Below, piece by piece: positions 12,045 to 22,545 of a stretch of DNA of 36,895 nt. Origin of the DNA: Octopus bimaculoides (taxonomy: Eukaryota); contig NC_068997.1 of NCBI RefSeq assembly GCF_001194135.2, forward strand, positions 47,385,216 through 47,422,110, in the 5' to 3' direction. The translations under genes and the position numbers were made by a program. The notes beneath the pieces were generated by a model. That model was not told the origin of the DNA and made no database searches. It saw nothing but the letters and a program-made list of their open reading frames with translations. Positions within the stretch are counted from its first letter, which is position 1, and every line of letters starts with the position of its first letter.

Positions 12045-12350
12045 TGATGTTCATGATGCTGATTATGATGAGGTAGATGGTGATAATGATAATCCCTGAA
12101 AAAGTGAAAGGCAAAGTCGACCTCAGAAGAATTTGAACTCAGAACGTAAGGACGGACCAAATGCCGCTAAACGTTTTATCTGCCGTGCTAACGGTTCTGT
12201 CAGCTCACCGCCTTAATGGTTTTTATAATAATCCTTTTTACTGTAGACACAAGCCCTGAAATTTGGGGCAGGAGATCGTTGATTACATCGACTCCAGTAC
12301 TCAAATGATATTGATTTAATCTATAAAAAAAAAATGAAGTAGACTGACAT
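11741..12350 (-). mobile_element. Cluster of minus-strand SINE family A copies (full 11741-11966; 5' half about 12093-12216; 3' half about 12224-12350)
   Basis: Reverse complement of the head (GATTCTGCCAGCTCACCGCCTT), B-box (AATTTGAACTCAG) and tail. Confidence 0.85.
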
Positions 12351-12433
12351 ATCAAATTTTGAACCCGTTGAAGGTACACGAGATACCGAAATATCGTTCA
12401 ACAAATTTAATTATGGAACTCTTCTTTGTTTAT

Positions 12434-12494
<61 letters not shown>

Positions 12495-12509
12495 TAATAA
12501 TAATGATAA

Positions 12510-13397
12510 CGGACCATGATAAAACGATGGCAAGAAAAGCCCCTACATGGTAAATACTGGGCTAAACTAAATGCGAAAGAAATAGACAGAGAAAAATCCC
12601 AGCAATGGCTGAGAAGCTCAGGACTCAAAGCAGAGACTGANNNNNNNNNNNNNNNNNNNNNNNNNNNNNNNNNNNNNNNNNNNNNNNNNNNNNNNNNNNN
12701 NNNNNNNNNNNNNNNNNNNNNNNNNNNNNNNNNNNNNNNNNNNNNNNNNNNNNNNNNNNNNNNNNNNNNNNNNNNNNNNNNNNNNNNNNNNNNNNNNNNN
12801 NNNNNNNNNNNNNNNNNNNNNNNNNNNNNNNNNNNNNNNNNNNNNNNNNNNNNNNNNNNNNNNNNNNNNNNNNNNNNNNNNNNNNNNNNNNNNNNNNNNN
12901 NNNNNNNNNNNNNNNNNNNNNNNNNNNNNNNNNNNNNNNNNNNNNNNNNNNNNNNNNNNNNNNNNNNNNNNNNNNNNNNNNNNNNNNNNNNNNNNNNNNN
13001 NNNNNNNNNNNNNNNNTCTAATTGATGTATCAATACCAGCAGATGACAACGTTTCTCTAAAAGAAATGGAAAAACTTTCAAAATACAAAGACCTGGAAAT
13101 AGAGATAACTCGAATGTGGAATCTAAAAACAGAAACAATTCCTATCATAGTAGGTGCCTTAGGTATAATAAAAAAATATTCAGACAAATACATAACAAAA
13201 ACACCAGGACTTACAAATATATATAACATACAGAAAATTGCACTACTGGGTACTGCACACATTCTACGCAAAACACTTTCAATACAGTAAACATAAGAGC
13301 ACCACAGCAAACCACAGCACATACCCAAGGCGCACAGAGCTGCGCTCGGTAGTGAAGTGAAAGCACGTTATAAAAATAAAACTACTGAACAATAATA
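12510..13397 (+). mobile_element. 5'-truncated R4/Dong-clade non-LTR retrotransposon (restriction-like endonuclease C-terminus plus 3' UTR)
   Basis: WQEKPLHGKY...WLRSSGLKAET [gap] LIDVSIPADDNVSLKEMEKLSKYKDL...IPIIVGALG...IQKIALLGTAHILRKTL*. Flanked by (AAT)n on the 5' side and AATAATAAT on the 3' side. The 3' UTR has a hairpin GCGCA-6nt-TGCGC at 13330-13345. Confidence 0.85.
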
Positions 13398-13409
13398 ATA
13401 AAAACAATA

Positions 13410-13600
13410 CTTGTTTCTACATTAGGCGCAAGGCCTGGAATTTGTGGGTTAGTCGATCATATCGATCCCAAATGCTCAACAGCTAATTGTTTTATCGACT
13501 CCACAAGAGTGAAAGGCAAAGTCGACCTCGACAGGATTTGAACTAAGAACGTAAAGCCGAAAGAAGTACCGAAACGCACTTTACTTGTCGCACTAACGAA
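13410..13600 (-). mobile_element. SINE family A
   Basis: GAAAGGCAAAGTCGACCTCG...ATTTGAACTAAG; tail reverse complement GCAAGGCCTG. Confidence 0.82.
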
Positions 13601-13621
13601 TGATTTCTAATTTAGGCACAC

Positions 13622-13912
13622 TAAAGACCTCCTTTGGTCATGAATGACCATGAGATTGCATCTAGAAAGTTACTCTCTGAGGCACAAGTCCAGGTAAGGT
13701 TGTTTATGGAAGTCCAGCAGTCGCCTCCCCTCTCCACGCCCCCAATGTTGTTCAAGGGAAAGGCCACCAGTGACGTCGCAACTCATTTCTACAGCTGAGT
13801 GAACAGGAGCAACGTGGAATAAAATGTCTTGCTCAAGAACACAACACACAGCCTGGTCTGGCAATCGAACTCACTATCACATAATTGTGAGCCCATCGCT
13901 CTGACCTCTGAG
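13622..13912 (-). mobile_element. tRNA-derived SINE family C
   Basis: The minus strand has B-box GAGTTCGATTGCC, then GTGTTGTGTTCTTGAGCAAGACA (resembles conserved V/Meta-type SINE central domains) and CACTCAGCTGTAGAAATGAGT. Confidence 0.7.
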
Positions 13913-14356
13913 CGAAGGTTAGTAAATTTTGAGGGGATGGGGTCATTCGACTACTGATTTATTCTATCACCTGTATTTTTCAGATTCGTCCTGCCTATAG
14001 TTTTTAAGTGCTTGATTTGAGGGAAATTTGGTTGCTATTATTAGGAGGTCAAGCAACTAGAGATTCAGATTCATTCGTCGGTACGGCAGATCCTCGGTGT
14101 CAGCCAGTGACGTCATTCACTGACGTCGTTTGTAATCACATCATTAAATTCTTTCACCGACATACTTAATCTGATAATCTGTGTTTCTAGACTGGTCATT
14201 TAATGGTCGCTGCTTCCGCTGCTACCGCTGCTGCTGCTGCTACGGCGTTAGCTGTCGTTGCATTCATCGCCAATACTTTTATCTCCTATGACATAATGTT
14301 CCTTTTTGTCATTTCCATCCTCAATTGCAGTACAATTACGCTGTCGTTATACATAG

Positions 14357-14418
<62 letters not shown>

Positions 14419-14817
14419 NNNNNNNNNNNNNNNNNNNNNNNNNNNNNNNNNNNNNNNNNNNNNNNNNNNNNNNNNNNNNNNNNNNNNNNNNNNNNNNNNN
14501 NNNNNNNNNNNNNNNNNNNNNNNNNNNNNNNNNNNNNNNNNNNNNNNNNNNNNNNNNNNNNNNNNNNNNNNNNNNNNNNNNNNNNNNNNNNNNNNNNNNN
14601 NNNNNNNNNNNNNNNNNNNNNNNNNNNNNNNNNNNNNNNNNNNNNNNNNNNNNNNNNNNNNNNNNNNNNNNNNNNNNNNNNNNNNNNNNNNNNNNNNNNN
14701 NNNNNNNNNNNNNNNNNNNNNNNNNNNNNNNNNNNNNNNNNNNNNNNNNNNNNNNNNNNNNNNNNNNNNNNNNNNNNNNNNNNNNTATATATATATATAT
14801 ATATATATATATGCATA

Positions 14818-14968
14818 CGAAGGGGTGCTGAAAATTTCCTGGCTTTAAGGGTGTCGCGAAAAGCCTGGTTGAAGAACCAACCTTCCGAGTTCTTTTACAG
14901 GGCTAAGAAAAATTCAAGGACCACTGCAGTAAGTGTGTGAATCTGAGGGGGGAATATGTTCGAAATTT
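14818..14968 (+). mobile_element. Mariner-derived non-autonomous fragment
   Basis: TA followed by CGAAGGGGTGCTGAAAATTTCC, a mariner-like left TIR. The remnant reads ...SKCVNLRGEYV, like the mariner KCV-x-x-x-GEYVE C-terminus. The right TIR was not seen. Confidence 0.6.
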
Positions 14969-14969
14969 T

Positions 14970-15080
14970 CCCAAGACACCTGATGAAGGCTGGAAGGTAC
15001 ATCACCTGAAACGTTGTATTAACAACAAACAAGATGAGGATAAATATCCGTCAAATGTAAATAATGTACATAACGTACAT
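14970..15080 (+). ncRNA. Penelope-like element remnant with a minimal type I hammerhead ribozyme motif (14975-15020)
   Basis: GACAC-CTGATGA-AGGCTG...CACCT-GAAA-CGTT-GTATT. Conserved core, stem II with one bulge, palindromic AACGTT in place of stem III, and stem I with one mismatch. Confidence 0.6.
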
Positions 15081-15329
15081 TATTCCTCATCTCTAACATA
15101 TAGAACTGTACATACATACATACATACATACATAGATGCGCTCGCAAGTTTGTAATATAACTACCGTCTATTAAACACGCACACACACACACGCACACAC
15201 ACTCACACACGCACATACACATGCACAAAGAATCTTTCCACTAGTTGTGTTTGATCACGATGTCGATTGAATCCCTCGGTTCATTACAACTCCTCTTAGA
15301 AGGCCAAATAAAAATGAATACAATCTATA

Positions 15330-16250
15330 GGCGCAGGAGTGGCTGTGTGGTAAGTAGCTTGCTTACCAAGCACATGGTTCTGGGTTCAGTCCTACTGCGT
15401 GGCATTTTGGGCAAGTGTCTTCTACAAGAGCCTCGGGCCGACCAAAGCCTTGTGAGTGGAAACTGAAAGAAGACCGTCGTATATATATATATATGTATAT
15501 ATATANNNNNNNNNNNNNNNNNNNNNNNNNNNNNNNNNNNNNNNNNNNNNNNNNNNNNNNNNNNNNNNNNNNNNNNNNNNNNNNNNNNNNNNNNNNNNNN
15601 NNNNNNNNNNNNNNNNNNNNNNNNNNNNNNNNNNNNNNNNNNNNNNNNNNNNNNNNNNNNNNNNNNNNNNNNNNNNNNNNNNNNNNNNNNNNNNNNNNNN
15701 NNNNNNNNNNNNNNNNNNNNNNNNNNNNNNNNNNNNNNNNNNNNNNNNNNNNNNNNNNNNNNNNNNNNNNNNNNNNNNNNNNNNNNNNNNNNNNNNNNNN
15801 NNNNNNNNNNNNNNNNNNNNNNNNNNNNNNNNNNNNNNNNNNNNNNNNNNNNNNNNNNNNNNNNNNNNNNNNNNNNNNNNNNNNNNNNNNNNNNNNNNNN
15901 NNNNNNNNNNNNNNNNNNNNNNNNNNNNNNNNNNNNNNNNNNNNNNNNNNNNNNNNNNNNNNNNNNNNNNNNNNNNNNNNNNNNNNNNNNNNNNNNNNNN
16001 NNNNNNNNNNNNNNNNNNTGTGTATGTGTGTTTGTGTGTCTGTGTTTGTCCCCCCAACATCGCTTGACGACCGATGCTGGTGTGTTTAAGTCCCCGTAAC
16101 TTAGCGGTTCGGCAAAAGAGACCGATAGAATAAGTACTAGGCTTACAAAGAATAAGTCCTGGGGTCGATTTGCTCGACTAAAGGCGGTGCTCCAGCATGG
16201 CCGCAGTCAAATGACTGAAACAAGTAAAAGAGTAAAAGAGAGTAAAGAGT
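15330..16250 (+). mobile_element. SINE family B; assembly gap lies in its internal microsatellite
   Basis: Same head and tail as 2816-3220, with a (GTAAAAGA)n-like tail. Confidence 0.88.
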
Positions 16251-16427
16251 ATCTCACTTCACTGTCTTTCTCTTTTGACTGCAACAGTTGAATCTAAGAA
16301 TAAATATTTGAAATTTTATGGTTTAGGAGGAATCTGTGTATTGGCGACAACAGGTCAACCACCGATATTATTAGAAACTTATTGTCATCAACATGATGAT
16401 GATGATGGTGACGATGATGATGATGAT

Positions 16428-16472
<45 letters not shown>

Positions 16473-17113
16473 AATCATCATCATCATTTTTATTATTGCT
16501 ATTGTCGTTGGTTTTGTTACTTTTTTTTGAGATTTTGTTTTATTCTAGTGTTTTCAACTGCCAATATTTTGATATTGGATCGATAATAGAACGGACGTCG
16601 ATCACCAAACAAAACTTTACTCCAGTTTATTCAACCGAACAATACAGAGGAACAATATGGCTGCTTTGTATTTTGGTTTTTGTTTTCTTAATACATATTA
16701 AATTTTGAACGGGATTTTATTACTGGATCACCATATGGCCCCTACGGAACAATTATATTTCATGGTTGATTTCCTGATTTTCTAGTCGAAAATAAACAAT
16801 TATTGATATTAATAGGAAGCACACACGCACTTCTAGTTTCTGTAAAGTGGTAACAGAAATGGATATTAGGATGAAGGTACGCTGAAGTCCAAGAGGCTGA
16901 GGTTTGATATATGAAACAAGGCGTTATATGCCACCCTTACTCCGTAAGCTTGACAGAGCTGAACCTTGATCAAAGACGTTTCAACTGTGTGACCATCCTA
17001 TCTTTTTAGAAGTATGCAGGATTGCTTTATCGGATCTGATTCATTAAATGGTTGGGTGTGTTTTGAGCTGGATTTAGCTGTTACATCTAGCAAGTTGTAT
17101 TATCAAAGAGTTA

Positions 17114-17330
17114 AAAGCGGTGAGCTGAGCTGGCAGAACCGTTAGACCAGAGCGATGGGTTAAAATACCTAGCTCAAATTGGGTTAGAATACCTTAGCTC
17201 AAATTCCGACGGGGTCAACTTTGTCTTTCGTCCTTTCGGGGACCGAAAACATAAAGTACTAATCACGTATTAGGGTCGATGTAATCAATTTAGCACCTCC
17301 CTTCAAAATTACTGACCTTATATCAAAATA
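17114..17330 (+). mobile_element. SINE family A, diverged
   Basis: Head GGTGAGCTGAGCTGGCAGAACCGTTAG and core TCCTTTCGGGG...GGGTCGATGTAATC. Confidence 0.78.
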
Positions 17331-17337
17331 ATAGCCA

Positions 17338-17678
17338 TGTGGTAGGGGAGCATCATATCTATGTGTTGAGAGGAATTCTTTTGGGTTTGAATAATTCACC
17401 TCTGGAAGCATGAGTGTTTTGTTTATCATCTATAAACAACCCTTATTCAGGGACTTTTTGAGCGAGATGAGCTACTCGACCTGAAGATAATTCTAATTGG
17501 GCCCTACCTGCAAGGTCATGCGCTATTTATCTTGATATGAGTTCACCATATCGCGCGCACATGGTCGTAATGCATGTGCCTGGTGTACCCTTATCAGACG
17601 GGTAGTCATGATGGGTATAACGGGCTTCGTATATTTTACCTCAGTGCCACTTTGGTGGCATACACTGCTCCCTCATTC

Positions 17679-17746
<68 letters not shown>

Positions 17747-17790
17747 TAATAATAATAATAATAATAATAAGAAGAAGAACAGTAACAGTA
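17338..17790 (+). repeat. Unclassified interspersed repeat 3' part with (AAT)n tail; second partial copy at about 18360-18605
   Basis: GTGGTAGGGGAGCATCATATCTATGTGTTGAGAGG (about 17339) matches GTGGTGGGGAGCATCATAGTCATGTGTTGAGAGG (about 18552). Confidence 0.6.
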
Positions 17791-17868
17791 ATAATAATAC
17801 TACTACTAATAATAATTGTAATAATGATAGTAATAATAATAATAGTAATAATAATAACAACTGCAACA

Positions 17869-17928
<60 letters not shown>

Positions 17929-17935
17929 GTAGTAA
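17678..17935. repeat. Long (AAT)n / degenerate triplet microsatellite
   Basis: Seen directly. It gives rise to the poly-N/I/L pseudo-ORFs. Similar triplet tracts lie at about 1368-1560, 9545-9650, 11120-11365, 11690-11750, 11975-12045, 12436-12505 and 16395-16490. Confidence 0.95.
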
Positions 17936-18756
17936 CACTGATATAAACAACAAGAGTAACAACGAGACAATTAGTATTAAAATGTTGAGAAAGACAGCCC
18001 AGGCTTCCATTTCTATACGGTCATATTCTTTGTTTCCCAGAGACGTATAATATCCTATTAACATCTCTTTGAAACATTTGAACAAAAGATCAGAACTGGT
18101 GAATTCTTACAGACATTTACATAAATAAATATAATGGGGAATTTTCCAATACCAACTGGCTAGACCAGTCCATTTCCTATATACAAGAAGCCGAGTACAT
18201 TCTACTAAAAGTGTATTCTACTATAGGAGTATTACATTTGTGTTACAATTATTTTTTTGTCTTTGGTCAGTAAGTGTTATTTCCTATTTGTTTCTATCTT
18301 GAAATCAAAGGAAGTGACTACCATTCCCTTCAAACTTTGCTTTTGTGATCTGGACATCAATGTTTTGAAACTTACCTATTTTCCATAACATTTCAGACAG
18401 ATTCAGCGCTGAGTTTCTGAAGAAAAAATATCGTTATAGCATATATTCTGCTTCATAATAGAGATTTGCTTGTCAGCTGCTTGACCTTAACCAATTGTGC
18501 ATATCTTTTAGTGGCTGACAACATGTGCATCTCTGATCACGAGCAAGAGTAGTGGTGGGGAGCATCATAGTCATGTGTTGAGAGGCGTTTTTTGGAAGTT
18601 TGAAGTAAAGCAAGTTTGAAGTAAAATATTAGCCATTTTTCATATTTTCTAGGGGTAACCAAATAGAAAATAGCAATTGCGACACAAGGACAAAAATCGT
18701 GTTACACAGTGAAATCCGTGTGAATCACTGAATGTGTTTCTGGCTTGTTTAACGTC

Positions 18757-18940
18757 ATCCTTTCTACTGGAAGCACTAGGCTTCAAATTTGGGGGAAGGG
18801 ATTAAGTCGATTACATCGACCCCAGTGCGTAACTGGTACTTATTTAATCGACCCTGAAAGGATGAAAGGCAAAGTCGATCTCGGCGGAATTTGAACTTAG
18901 ATGAAATGCTGCTAAGCTTTTTGTCCAGCATGGTTTCTGT
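18757..18940 (-). mobile_element. SINE family A
   Basis: AGTCGATTACATCGACCCCAGTG...GGATGAAAGGCAAAGTCGATCTCGGCGGAATTTGAACT. Confidence 0.88.
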
Positions 18941-19674
18941 TGCGATCCCAGGTCTGGCTCAGGAATATCGTATGCAAATGATTGTAAGAAATAACCATTG
19001 AAATAACCATTGGAATAACCATTAAAATAACCATTGAAATAACTATTGAAATAACCATTGAAATAACCATTGAAATAACCATTGAAATAACCATTGAAAT
19101 AACCTTTGAAATAGCATTTGAAATAACCATTGAAATAACCATTAAAATAACCTTTGAAATAACCATTGAAATAACCATTGAAATAACCATTGAAATAACC
19201 ATTAAAATAACCTTTGAAACAAGCATTGAAATAACCATTAAAATAACCATTGAAACAACCATTGAAATAACCTTTGAAACAACCATTGAAATAACCATTG
19301 AAATAACCATTGAAATAACCATTAAAATAACCTTTGAAATAACCTTTGAAATAACCATTGAAATAACCATTAAAATAACCTTTGAAACAAGCATTGAAAT
19401 AACCATTAAAATAACCATTGAAACAACCATTGAAATAACCTTTGAAATAACCATTGAAATAACCATTGAAATAACCTTTGAAATAACCATTGAAATAACC
19501 AATAAAATAACCATTGAAATAACCATTAAAATAACCTTTGAAATAGCATTTGAAATAACCATTGAAATAACCATTGAAATAACCATTGAAATAACCATTG
19601 AAATAACCAATCAAAGCAGTCAAGATGAGGAAAATAGTTTTGGCAGACATCTCGCTTAAATGAGATCCAGACAT
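18844..19674 (-). CDS. Hypothetical (NGYF)n repeat ORF with a signal-peptide-like leader
   Basis: 276-aa ORF. The leader MSAKTIFLILTALIG precedes 52 tetrapeptide repeats, and the C-terminus reads into a SINE. Openness is largely explained by the 12-bp period. Confidence 0.25.
   Translation of the reverse strand: MSGSHLSEMSAKTIFLILTALIGYFNGYFNGYFNGYFNGYFKCYFKGYFNGYFNGYFIGYFNGYFKGYFNGYFNGYFKGYFNGCFNGYFNGYFNACFKGYFNGYFNGYFKGYFKGYFNGYFNGYFNGYFNGCFKGYFNGCFNGYFNGYFNACFKGYFNGYFNGYFNGYFNGYFKGYFNGYFNGYFKCYFKGYFNGYFNGYFNGYFNGYFNSYFNGYFNGYSNGYFNGYFLQSFAYDIPEPDLGSQQKPCWTKSLAAFHLSSNSAEIDFAFHPFRVD
18988..19611. repeat. 12-bp minisatellite (GAAATAACCATT) x52
   Basis: Parsed unit by unit: 624 bp, 52 units, no indels. 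Recurrent variants are AAAATAACCTTT, GAAACAAGCATT and GAAATAGCATTT. Confidence 0.97.
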
Positions 19675-20132
19675 TTAAGATAACCAATTATATTGTTCAG
19701 CCTAAATTTCGTTGACCTTAACCCCCCTCCACTCTTTTCAATACTAACCCCCAACCTTCTAGCACTCCCAAGTTATTTCTTTTTTTAATTATCCCTAACA
19801 TTAACCACAAACCCTAAGGAGTTCAAGCAGATTTAGAAGAATGATTATCATCACCAAAGCTAGGAGCACAATTTTGGTGATGAAGATGATGATGATGATG
19901 ATGATGATGATGATCGTCATCTTCCTCCTCATCATCAGTAGTAACAGCAGTAGCATCACCAGCATCACCTACGCACAACCATCATCTTCGACCGCCGCCG
20001 CCACCACCATCACCACCATAATTACAACCATAACCACCACCACAATCTTTCTCTTCCTCGCCTCCTCCTTCACCTCTTCTTCCTCAATCTCCACGAAAAC
20101 CACATCCCCCATCCCCATCACTCTTATCCTCC

Positions 20133-20325
20133 TCACCCCTCATTATCAGCGTTTCTTTCCTTTCTCTTCACTCTTTTAATTACGTCCTTCATGTCTAACG
20201 AATAATTACAAATGCAAAAACAAAAGCAGCAATTCCAGAAGTTTCGCCAAACCATGTCGATAGTCGTAGTTCTAGTAGTAGTAGTAGTGGTAGTAGTGGT
20301 GGTAGTAGTAGTAGTAGTGGTAGTA

Positions 20326-20368
<43 letters not shown>

Positions 20369-20919
20369 GAGTAGTAATGGTGGTGGTGGTAGTTGTATTG
20401 GTGGTGGTAGTGCTAGTAGTCGTAGTAGTAGTGGTGGCAGTTGTCGTTGTTGTGGTGGTTCTAGTACTGGTACAAGTAGTAGTAGTAGTGGTGGTGGTGG
20501 GAGTTGTATTGGTGGTTGTAGTGCTAGTAGTCGTAGTAGTGGTGGTGGCAGTTGTCATAGTATTGGTAGTGCTAGTAGTGGCATTAGTGGTAGTAGTAGT
20601 AGTGGTGGTGGTGGCAGTGCTAGGAGTCGTAGTAGTGATGGTGGTAGTAGTAGCAAAAGTAGTAGTAGCAGTAATAATAGTAGTAGTGGTGGTGGTGGTG
20701 AGAGTAGTGATCGTAGTGGTAGTTTTAGTGCTAGTGGTAGTGTTGGTGATGGTGGGAGTAGAAGTAGTAGTGGTGGTGATAGCAGTGGTGGTAGGAGTGG
20801 TGGTGTTTGTGGTAGTGGTTGTGCGTGTATATGTGTTCTTGTTCATATATTCATGTGCGCAAGCATGCATGTGTTTGTGTGCGTGTGTATGTGTGGGCGT
20901 GTGTGTGCGTGTGCGTGCG

Positions 20920-20958
<39 letters not shown>
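20133..20958 (-). CDS. Possible continuation of the mucin exon: His/Thr dinucleotide stretch, poly-Thr block and Cys-rich tail
   Basis: One frame is open from the gap to the stop at 20133. It holds about 185 codons of Thr repeats with S/P/A/N/I and ends WRNFWNCCFCFCICNYSLDMKDVIKRVKRKERNADNEG*. Frame across the gap is unknowable, and this could be a non-coding triplet repeat. Confidence 0.35.
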
Positions 20959-21058
20959 NNNNNNNNNNNNNNNNNNNNNNNNNNNNNNNNNNNNNNNNNN
21001 NNNNNNNNNNNNNNNNNNNNNNNNNNNNNNNNNNNNNNNNNNNNNNNNNNNNNNNNNN

Positions 21059-22545
21059 TTTTGTAGTTGTGGTGAGAGGTTCTGCAGTGGCAGTCTTTAG
21101 AATATCCTCAGGTTGTATTGTTCTTTCACTTGTAGGTGGTATAGCGTGAGACGTTGTAGGAAGTTGGGAAGTTGACTCCTCAGTTTCTGTGTGTATTTGT
21201 GTTGTTGGTGTAACGTGTGTCGTTGTGTCTTTGACATGTGTGGTAAGCATTTCTAGTGTGCTTGTTGGTGTTGTACCTTCTGGTGTCTTTTCAGTCGATG
21301 TCATAGTTGTAGCTTCAGTGCTAGTTGTATCAGTGCGTGGGAGTTCAGTGACAGTCGTATGTTCTGTTGTAGAATCACTATATGTTTGAGTTGGTGTGGT
21401 CATTCTGGTATGAGAAATTGTACTTGGCATAGATGTACCTACTTCTTCGGCTAGAGGTGATACCGGTGTCAGTTTTGATGTCGTTGTGAGAAGTGTAGTT
21501 ATTTCGAGAGTATTTTCAGTTGATGCCCGAGTTGTGTATTGCTGTTCAGTTATAATGTTAGTTGGTGCTGTTTTGCCATGATGTTTATGTTTTTGTGTGT
21601 ATTCAGGTATGTTTTCTGTTGTGTGCATATATTCTTGTGTAATTCCGTTTGTCGATCTTCTTTTCACGTCATCGTGCTCTGTTATTCCTAGTATTTCTAG
21701 GCTAGTCTGTGCTGTGTTCTGTAAAGTTCTCTGTGTACTTTTGTTGTCTCTTGTGATATTTACATGTTCTTCAGGATGTGTTGTTATATTATTATATAAA
21801 ATGGGTTTTTCTGTTATTTTTGTTATGTCCCTATGTGCTATGGTAGTGTTTGGAGTATTGAACTCTTTTATTTTTGATATTTGGTTTGGGTGTGTCGTTA
21901 CTGTGTTTGTGAATGGTGTAAAGTGGCCAACCATTTCCGTATCTGTTTCATTTTGTAACGTCTTATTCCAGTTTTTGTTGTATATCCATTCAGTTGTTTT
22001 ATTCTGAAGTTGTGTTAATGTAGATTCTGTTGTATTCCCCTCCCGTTCCTTTGAGGTTACTTTCACTATACTGTTTGTAATTACTGGTAGTGTTATTGTT
22101 TCTAGTATTGAATGTGTTGTTCCATTGTGTGTTAATTTTGTTTGTTGCAAGTTTGTATTTGTTTCTGTTAATACTGCAGTCGTGGTTTGTTTCATGGGTG
22201 TCTTTCTTATTTTATGTGTAGTTGTTGTAAGTGTCATTACTGGTGTTGTAGTAAGTCTTTTAGAAGTTGTCATTGAAGGTGTAGCTTTCGATAGTGGTTT
22301 CTTTGTCACTGTTTGTTTAACCATTGGGAATGTTATGATTGGCGTCAATGTTGTCAGGGTTTGTGTTTTGTCATCGTCACTTTTACCACTGTGTTCCCTA
22401 TTTTCAAATGTTAATGTAATTTCAGGTTTTTGAGATGCTGTTGTAATTTCAGTAATTTTTTTTGATGAAAGTTGATAAAATATCTGTGATGTTACCTCAA
22501 GTATCCTTGCTGTAGTTGGTGCATATGCTGGGGTTGTCATCTTCT
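21059..22545 (-). CDS. Large mucin-like Thr/Ser/Pro-rich exon downstream of the VWA exon; 3' end lost in gap
   Basis: Acceptor tttttcttcAG at 22547-22546. Phase 1 matches the VWA donor (A|AG AAG ATG = K-K-M-T-T-P). About 495 codons are open in non-microsatellite sequence, very Thr-rich, with 9 N-glycosylation sequons. The frame runs into the 100-N gap at 20959-21058. Confidence 0.85.

Noticed and set aside
13291-13397. Dong/R4 or RTE as the mobilising partner of SINE family A
   Set aside because: SINE 3' ends do not match either LINE 3' end by eye, and tail orientation differs: (ATT)n versus (AAT)n or (GAT)n.
17574-18085. Poly-Asn, poly-Ile and poly-Leu ORFs (similar ones at 1298-1567, 9261-9704, 11638-12160, 16275-16586, 19841-20179)
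   Set aside because: They are translations of triplet microsatellites, with no splice or domain support.
18988-19611. CRISPR-like array
   Set aside because: The units are contiguous 12-mers without unique spacers, and the context is eukaryotic.
20212-21066. 284-aa poly-Val ORF on the plus strand
   Set aside because: It is the antisense reading of the Thr/triplet block.
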